64,000 nt of DNA from a virus. The stretch spans positions 32,196 to 96,195 of the IMG/VR virus record IMGVR_UViG_3300025769_014365; one strand, 5' to 3'. A program made the position numbers and the translations under genes. The notes under the pieces are model-generated. The model worked only from the letters and a program-made list of their open reading frames with translations. It was not told the origin of the DNA and did not search any database. Shown piece by piece: positions 58,157-64,000 of the stretch (position 1 is the first letter of the stretch; the number at the start of each line of letters is the position of its first letter).

Positions 58157-58631
58157 ACCAATTTTTATAATAGGGACCTTTCTCTAACATCTCAGAATAT
58201 CTGTTCAGTTTAGACAATCTCTGTGCGAGGAACAGTGTGTAATGGCCGTTGTTCAGTTTGACGTCTTTCACACGTTCATCTATCTCAGGGTGGTCCTCCA
58301 GTATCACTATGTCCCTGCGCATGTAGTATCCGTTGAGGTCATGGGCCAACCGTTCGGTCTCGGCCGCCGTGAAGTGGTCCGGTTCCGCTATCATGACCAG
58401 CACGTCCTTCTCATCGAAGTCGAAGTCCGCGATGTGTTGCGACAGCGTGGGGTAGTCAGCAACTCCGTCCAGTTCCAGGAACTCCACCCTGCCATCTATG
58501 ATGGCCTTCCGCGCGAACGGGCAAGGCGGTAGGTCACCGAAAACGGGATTTGGTCGTGTGACGAAATCACTGATCCAGTGCTTGATCGTCTGGGTGGGTG
58601 TCTGTTTGTTGTTCTTCGGTTGAGTCATCAT
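58098..58631 (-). CDS. DUF1415-like hypothetical protein
   Basis: W..DFV......LPPCPFARKA and DHP motifs. Confidence 0.55.
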   Translation of the reverse strand: MMTQPKNNKQTPTQTIKHWISDFVTRPNPVFGDLPPCPFARKAIIDGRVEFLELDGVADYPTLSQHIADFDFDEKDVLVMIAEPDHFTAAETERLAHDLNGYYMRRDIVILEDHPEIDERVKDVKLNNGHYTLFLAQRLSKLNRYSEMLEKGPYYKNWSRSYLESVKGFRDPKTDRS

Positions 58632-58893
58632 TTATGTCCTTGATCCGCTGTAGCGCCTCCTGTAGCAACTTCTCCTTGGTGTCCAGTTTGGCCTCCAGGT
58701 TCGCTATGGTCTTGTTGAGTTCACCTATCTTGTGTCCGCAACTTTGAACATCGTCGTTGCTGTGTTCCAACTTGATCATCAACTGCTTGATTCGGCTCTC
58801 CTTGCCCTTGGCGTTCGCCAAGGCGTCATCCCTGTCCTTCGAGATGTCCTGGATTGTGGCCTTGAGTTCTTTGACTAGATCGTTAGTCGACAT
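58567..58893 (-). CDS. coiled-coil hypothetical protein
   Basis: Heptad-patterned Leu/Lys/Glu-rich sequence. Confidence 0.65.
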   Translation of the reverse strand: MSTNDLVKELKATIQDISKDRDDALANAKGKESRIKQLMIKLEHSNDDVQSCGHKIGELNKTIANLEAKLDTKEKLLQEALQRIKDINDDSTEEQQTDTHPDDQALDQ

Positions 58894-58944
58894 AATGTTC
58901 TGTAATTATCTGGTTTTTTGCGCACCATAATAGTATACTATATT

Positions 58945-59157
58945 CTAGAAGAAAGGCTGACCGGTTTTTTTTGTGGTTTCCATATTTTCCTTTACCAATT
59001 GTGATACCACGCCGCGTTCATCTGGTGAGAGGTTGAGTGCCTCTTGCCAGGTTATACCGCCACGCATGAACCAACACACCTTCATTGTTTCCAGTTTGAG
59101 ATTTTTGACCTGGTTATCGAAATCCTTAAGGTAACTCACTATGTCAGAGTCCCCCAT
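58945..59157 (-). CDS. baseplate hub assembly protein, T4 gp51-like (probably also the -1 frameshift extension of the upstream gene)
   Basis: WFMRGGITWQEALNLSPDER resembles gp51/tail-chaperone C-domain patterns; follows the gp26-like gene. Confidence 0.65.
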   Translation of the reverse strand: MGDSDIVSYLKDFDNQVKNLKLETMKVCWFMRGGITWQEALNLSPDERGVVSQLVKENMETTKKTGQPFF

Positions 59158-59168
59158 TGACAGTAGTT

Positions 59169-60038
59169 TTACCCGAAAAAATTTGAGTTATCGTATGTCA
59201 CCGGTACTTCGAAAGAAGCAGGTGCACCCTTTTTTATTTGATCCTCTGTTGATTTAATCTTCAACGGAGGTATCTGTGCCTGTAACCTTAGGTTAGAGAG
59301 TTTATCTTGTATCTCTTTTATGGTCTTGGTGTCTGCCTTGTTGCAGAATTCAATTATTTGTGCCCGGTCAACTACTGTGTTGCCCTCGGGTGTTGTTATA
59401 GACTTGATTGAATCCACCAACAGTGAGAAGTTTACCATGTTCAATGTTTCGAAACTTTTGGCGAAAGCGGTCTGCTTCTGCTCTTCTGTCATCGCACTGC
59501 TGTCTATGGTGCCGTACATCTTCTGTTGTTCGAACCTCGCGATCTGGATCTTTGTTAGCGTTCTGTAGTCAAGAGGTCGTATCTCTATCTTGAATCCTTT
59601 TGACGTGGTGGTCTCGTCCTCTATCTTGGCCTTGCCTAGGTCCTCTAGTAGTGCTGGCAAGTTGAGTGAATGGGATTGCTCCTCGTTAGTGCCCGGCACA
59701 CGGAAACTGATGTCCATTGTCTCGCCATAGGTCGCTATCCTGATAGCCAACAGCACCGCATCGGTGTCGTAGTTGACCATCTTCCATGGATCTAAAAGGT
59801 TTGGCACACAGCTCTTGATGACATCCACAGTGGCCTGACCGTTGATCATGGCGTCAGGTGTCTTGAATGCCAACTCGTCTTTTACAGTCATGGGCAGTAT
59901 GGGTATGTCACCGGTCTCGGTGGGCGTGAACACATCCTTGGGATAATATCTGCCACCACTGGGTAACTTGATGTATATGGCCGGTTGCCTGTAGTATTTC
60001 TGTAATGGGTTAGAATTTTCCATATTTTTTGTATCCAT
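59169..60038 (-). CDS. gp26: baseplate hub assembly chaperone, T4 gp26-like
   Basis: IKLPSGG.YY, PMTVKDE....TPD, D.DAVL.AIRIATYGE, ends NFFG. Confidence 0.75.
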   Translation of the reverse strand: MDTKNMENSNPLQKYYRQPAIYIKLPSGGRYYPKDVFTPTETGDIPILPMTVKDELAFKTPDAMINGQATVDVIKSCVPNLLDPWKMVNYDTDAVLLAIRIATYGETMDISFRVPGTNEEQSHSLNLPALLEDLGKAKIEDETTTSKGFKIEIRPLDYRTLTKIQIARFEQQKMYGTIDSSAMTEEQKQTAFAKSFETLNMVNFSLLVDSIKSITTPEGNTVVDRAQIIEFCNKADTKTIKEIQDKLSNLRLQAQIPPLKIKSTEDQIKKGAPASFEVPVTYDNSNFFG

Positions 60039-60076
60039 AAATATACACTAAAAGCGTATAGGCGTCAATATTTATA
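60037..60076. promoter_or_regulatory. pair of face-to-face late promoters for the divergent tape measure and gp26-like genes
   Basis: ATAAATA on + at 60037-60043 and TATAAATA on - at 60069-60076. Confidence 0.65.
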
Positions 60077-60106
60077 TGCGTATAAAAAAGCGAGAAATAA
60101 AACCGT

Positions 60107-62086
60107 ATGGACAGAGAATTAGAACAGTTGCTTAAAGAACTAACCAGTGAACTAAAAGGGTTGGTCAGGGTACTAGGCAGTACCAACAAAAAAGTCATAG
60201 AAGGCACACGAACCCAGAAGGCCGAGAACGAGGCCAAAAAGAGATCCATACAGATATACCAGAAATATAAAGAAGCACTAATCGGACAAGGTAAAATCAC
60301 TGATGCTTTAAGCATGGAGTTTGATGACCTTATTAAAGACACTAAAAAATTAGGAAGATCGTTCAGTAGCCTGCCGTCACCAATGGGATTAGTGGTAAAA
60401 GGACTGACCTTCTTGAAAGACGCTGTCATCGGCACAGGGGTGGCCATGGCCAAGACTGCGCTGGCACTGTCGGACACGACAGCAACGATTCAGAGTCTAG
60501 AAGACCTGGTTGACCAAGGATTTGGCGAACTACCATACGCAGGCAAACTGCTGAAAGAATTCTCACGTGAAATAGATTCAAACGTTGAATCGTTTTCACA
60601 ACTGGCCAAATCAGGGGCATCGTTTGGATCTTCCATAGTTATGTTGCGTAAGGCTCAGGCCGATTCGATGATGCCGCTGGGTAAATTCACAGACCTTGTC
60701 GCGAAAAATTCAGGCACACTTGCCAGACTGTTTGGAACTGTTGACCGAGGTGTGCCTCAGATAGCGGGACTGATGAACAATCTAGGAATACTGACCAAGA
60801 ACGAGTTTGCCAAGTTCGGTCTTACACTAGACGATACATCCGAATACCTCGGAACATTCCTCGAACTACAGAGGGCGAGGGGAAATGTGGAACAGATGAC
60901 TCAGAGTCAACTGCTACAAGGCACGAAGGAATACACAAAAAATCTCGTGACACTGTCCAAGTTGACCGGAGAGAGCGTCGACACGTTGAACGAGCAGAAC
61001 ATGGCCATGGCCGCAGATGGTGTGTTCCAATCACAGTTAGCCAAAATGAATGCCGACGATGCTCAGACACTGTCCCTTGGAATAAGTCAACTGCCCGGAC
61101 CATTAAAACAACTGGCAAAAGAATTTGTGGGTCTCGGAGCACCAATAAGTGAGACCAGCAGAGAACTTGAGGCCATGTCGGCCGGTGCTTTTGGTGACGC
61201 AATCAAAGTGTTCCAGAACACCGGGGACCTTGTGGCATTCCAGAACTCGATCAAGTCAATATCCGCCAGCGTGATGCAGAACGCAGAAGCGTTTGGTGAT
61301 GCCGCACTTGTCGGTGGAGGATTCGGTGAGGCCTTGAATGCAGTAGCGGCCGCGATAGGAAATGTTGTGGACCCAGAGATAGTAGAACGTGAGAAAGCGG
61401 CCAGGGGCGACAATATTGTCGAGCTAGTTGCACTGCGTACTGAAACAGATCGTTTGAAATCTGCTTTCGAGACCACAAGATTTGAATTGCTTAGAGCATT
61501 CATATATGACGAAAATTCATTGATCGATGTCGGCGAAGGATTGGGCAACCAATTTGAGAAACTGACCACCATAATGAAGGAACGTCTCACACCTGCTATA
61601 CAAGGGTTTGGCAAGGCGATAAAAGGTGAAGAAGTTAAAGAACCAACAAAATTCAAAGATTCGGCGGCCAGCTTTTTTAGTTCTCCGGACGGTGGGTCCA
61701 TCATAAGCGATTTTGCGGCGTCGGAAATGCCCATGGAATTATTCAACACAGGATCGAAGGGATTCAGGAACTTTGGTGACGGAACACCTGCCATGCTACA
61801 TGGCGTGGAAGCGGTTGTGCCCAAGAACGACATAGGACAGTTAGCCAACCTACTAGCGGATGCGGGAATAATCACAAACAACAACACCACAGCGGGTGAC
61901 ACAATCACCAATAACACTACGGCCATGGACATGACGACATTGAATTCAAACACAAAAGAACTGATAGATTTGAACAAAAAGGTAGCACAACACTTAAATA
62001 CGCTTGTAACGATAGGTGCCATGACAGAAAAGAATACCAAAAACTTCAATAATAAACTTGCGAACATGGGCGGAAGTCTAGTATAA
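60107..62086 (+). CDS. tape-measure-like tail protein (659 aa)
   Basis: Long Ala/Leu/Gly-rich helical protein, L..LSKLTG.S motif, C-terminal G.F..FG.GT.AMLHG.EAVVP; adjacent to the hub chaperones. Confidence 0.7.
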   Translation: MDRELEQLLKELTSELKGLVRVLGSTNKKVIEGTRTQKAENEAKKRSIQIYQKYKEALIGQGKITDALSMEFDDLIKDTKKLGRSFSSLPSPMGLVVKGLTFLKDAVIGTGVAMAKTALALSDTTATIQSLEDLVDQGFGELPYAGKLLKEFSREIDSNVESFSQLAKSGASFGSSIVMLRKAQADSMMPLGKFTDLVAKNSGTLARLFGTVDRGVPQIAGLMNNLGILTKNEFAKFGLTLDDTSEYLGTFLELQRARGNVEQMTQSQLLQGTKEYTKNLVTLSKLTGESVDTLNEQNMAMAADGVFQSQLAKMNADDAQTLSLGISQLPGPLKQLAKEFVGLGAPISETSRELEAMSAGAFGDAIKVFQNTGDLVAFQNSIKSISASVMQNAEAFGDAALVGGGFGEALNAVAAAIGNVVDPEIVEREKAARGDNIVELVALRTETDRLKSAFETTRFELLRAFIYDENSLIDVGEGLGNQFEKLTTIMKERLTPAIQGFGKAIKGEEVKEPTKFKDSAASFFSSPDGGSIISDFAASEMPMELFNTGSKGFRNFGDGTPAMLHGVEAVVPKNDIGQLANLLADAGIITNNNTTAGDTITNNTTAMDMTTLNSNTKELIDLNKKVAQHLNTLVTIGAMTEKNTKNFNNKLANMGGSLV

Positions 62087-62092
62087 TAAAGT

Positions 62093-63826
62093 ATGGCTTG
62101 GAAAAAATACTTCAAAGACGCTAACCTGTCTCCCATATCAGGTGAGAAGGTGCCCAACTTCGCCAAGAGGAACTACAGTTCTTACCTGCCGGACGTGTAC
62201 ACGGGACACCCCAACAGGATACAGAGATACTTCCAGTATGACCAGATGGATTCTGACTCCGAGATCAACGCGGCGTTAGACATACTCGCGGAATTCTCCA
62301 CACAGACCAACACCGAGAACGAGACACCGTTCGACATAGTGTTCAAGGACGAGACCACGGAACATGAAGTCAAGTTGTTGAAGAAGGCACTACAGCAGTG
62401 GACCAAGTCAAACAAGTTCAACAAGAGGATATTCAGGATATTCAGGAACGCACTGAAGTACGGTGACTGCTTCTTCGTGAGGGATCCAGAGACCATGAAA
62501 TGGTTGTACGTGGACAACGCCAAGGTGGACAGGATCGTGGTCAACGAATCAGAGGGCAAGAAGCCAGAACAGTACGTGATCCGAGACATCAACCCCAACC
62601 TACAGAGATTGAGTGCGACACAGATCACACCAAACCAGACCTATGGTGGCGCAGGAACCACAGGTGGTGGTACCGCGGCATACGGATCAAGTTACGCCAA
62701 TGCGGGTGCCACGGCAAACATGAGTGGTTTCGCCGGAGGACAGGGCGGAAGGTTCTACAAGACCATGAACGCCTACAACATCAACGCGGAACACGTGATA
62801 CACATGAGCATGTCTGATGGACTAGACAACCTGTTCCCGTTTGGACAATCAGTGCTGGAACAAGTTTTCAAAGTTTACAAACAAAAAGAACTATTGGAAG
62901 ATGCCATAATCATCTACAGGGTTCAGAGGGCACCGGAGAGACGAGTGTTCTACATCGACGTGGGCAACATGCCAACACACTTGGCGATGCAGTTCGTTGA
63001 GAGGGTCAAAAACGAGATCAACCAGAGAAGGATTCCGTCAACAGCAGGTGGTACGAACTTCATAGACGCCACATACAACCCAATGAGCATCAACGAGGAT
63101 TACTTCTTCCCTCAGACTGCGGAAGGTAGGGGATCTAAGGTGGACACGCTACCGGGAGGTACCAACCTGGGTGAGATAGATGACCTGAGATACTTCACAA
63201 ACAAACTGTTCAGAGGATTAAGGATACCAAGTTCTTACCTACCAACAGGTGCTGAAGATGGACAGCAACAGTACAACGACGGCAGGGTTGGAACCGCCTA
63301 CATACAGGAATTGAGATTCAACAAGTATTGTGCCAGACTACAATCAATGTTGGCCGGAACGTTCGACGAGGAATTCAAACTTTGGATCAAAAGCAAAGGC
63401 TACAACATCGACAACGGAATGTTTGAACTCAAACTGAATCCACCACAGAACTTCGCACAGTACAGACAGACCGAGATGGACCAAGCACGTGTGAACACGT
63501 TCACAGCAATTGCCGATCTGCCTTACATGAGTAAGAGATTCGCACTGAAGAGATATCTTGGACTATCCGAAGAAGAAATGGCGAGGAATGCCGAGCTTTG
63601 GGCAGAGGAAAACAACGTGCCACAGAAAAAACAGACCAAGTCCAATCAATTACGTAGCGCAGGAGTCACACAGTCTGGCATAACGGGAGACCTAGACCAG
63701 TTCGAGGAACCAACAGCGGAACCAGAATCACCAGAACCGGGCTCACCACAACCGGGACAGCCGGGACAGACGCCAGGAGGCGGTGGTACCACACCGGGTG
63801 GGACAGGTGGCGGAGGCCAGGTCTAA
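62093..63826 (+). CDS. gp20: portal vertex protein, T4 gp20-like
   Basis: Y..MD.DSEINAALD, LEDA.IIYRV.RAPERRVFYIDVGNMP, EDYFFP...GRG..V.TLPGG.NLGEIDD..YF..KL..GLRIP.S. Confidence 0.95.
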   Translation: MAWKKYFKDANLSPISGEKVPNFAKRNYSSYLPDVYTGHPNRIQRYFQYDQMDSDSEINAALDILAEFSTQTNTENETPFDIVFKDETTEHEVKLLKKALQQWTKSNKFNKRIFRIFRNALKYGDCFFVRDPETMKWLYVDNAKVDRIVVNESEGKKPEQYVIRDINPNLQRLSATQITPNQTYGGAGTTGGGTAAYGSSYANAGATANMSGFAGGQGGRFYKTMNAYNINAEHVIHMSMSDGLDNLFPFGQSVLEQVFKVYKQKELLEDAIIIYRVQRAPERRVFYIDVGNMPTHLAMQFVERVKNEINQRRIPSTAGGTNFIDATYNPMSINEDYFFPQTAEGRGSKVDTLPGGTNLGEIDDLRYFTNKLFRGLRIPSSYLPTGAEDGQQQYNDGRVGTAYIQELRFNKYCARLQSMLAGTFDEEFKLWIKSKGYNIDNGMFELKLNPPQNFAQYRQTEMDQARVNTFTAIADLPYMSKRFALKRYLGLSEEEMARNAELWAEENNVPQKKQTKSNQLRSAGVTQSGITGDLDQFEEPTAEPESPEPGSPQPGQPGQTPGGGGTTPGGTGGGGQV

Positions 63827-63843
63827 AGGATTAAATACGCACG

Positions 63844-64000
63844 ATGAAACTATTTGAATTCTTCACATACACAGCAGACGGTTTTGAACAGGACAAGACC
63901 TATGAGCCAGAGAACGACATCTCCATATTGGACTCAGAGGACACCAGGAAGACCAGACTAACACTCAAACAGATCAACTCTATGAGGTTGGCGTCAGAGG
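63844..64000 (+). CDS. 5' part of a hypothetical protein after the portal (truncated by the window edge)
   Basis: MKLFEFFTY...DTRKTRLTLKQIN is open to the edge; TAAATA 6 nt upstream. Confidence 0.7.
   Translation, partial: MKLFEFFTYTADGFEQDKTYEPENDISILDSEDTRKTRLTLKQINSMRLASE

Noticed and set aside
61087-62166. 359-aa antisense ORF, and similar long shadow ORFs such as 4951-5664, 15594-16340 and 24072-24758
   Set aside because: They lie opposite well-supported genes, show no motifs, and are expected from codon bias that depletes reverse-strand stops

Overview
A 64 kb piece of a large T4-like (myovirus) phage genome, probably aquatic; the host cannot be read from the sequence. (1) 371-18241 (minus strand) is a tightly packed accessory enzyme cluster: Gfo/Idh/MocA dehydrogenase, DegT aminotransferase, NAD-sugar epimerase, several glycosyltransferase-like proteins, a NodU/CmcH carbamoyltransferase, two SGNH-like proteins and five N-terminal-twitch radical SAM enzymes. 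(2) 18291-49774 (minus strand, co-directional with the first block) holds tail fibre and baseplate genes: fibre paralogues, a Gly-rich Hint-domain protein followed by hydroxylase/SDR/GNAT genes, a 4281-aa virion protein, and gp6-, gp25-, gp5-, hub-, gp53- and gp48/54-like genes. (3) 49926-54200 encodes a late sigma factor (gp55-like), gp47/gp46 and an Hc1 histone-like protein. (4) 54258-58893 is an accessory patch: a sixth radical SAM, a GIY-YIG nuclease, an ORF-free highly structured ~430-nt region that looks like a non-coding RNA, and an ATE/Bpt-like aminoacyl-transferase. (5) 58945-64000 encodes gp51- and gp26-like hub chaperones joined by a probable -1 frameshift, a tape measure and the portal. 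The best leads are the candidate ncRNA, the gp26/gp51 frameshift, and a possible virion-decoration system (enzyme cluster, ~18 DGST motifs in the giant protein, Hint-domain fibre). All family assignments come from recognising motifs by eye, not from database searches.
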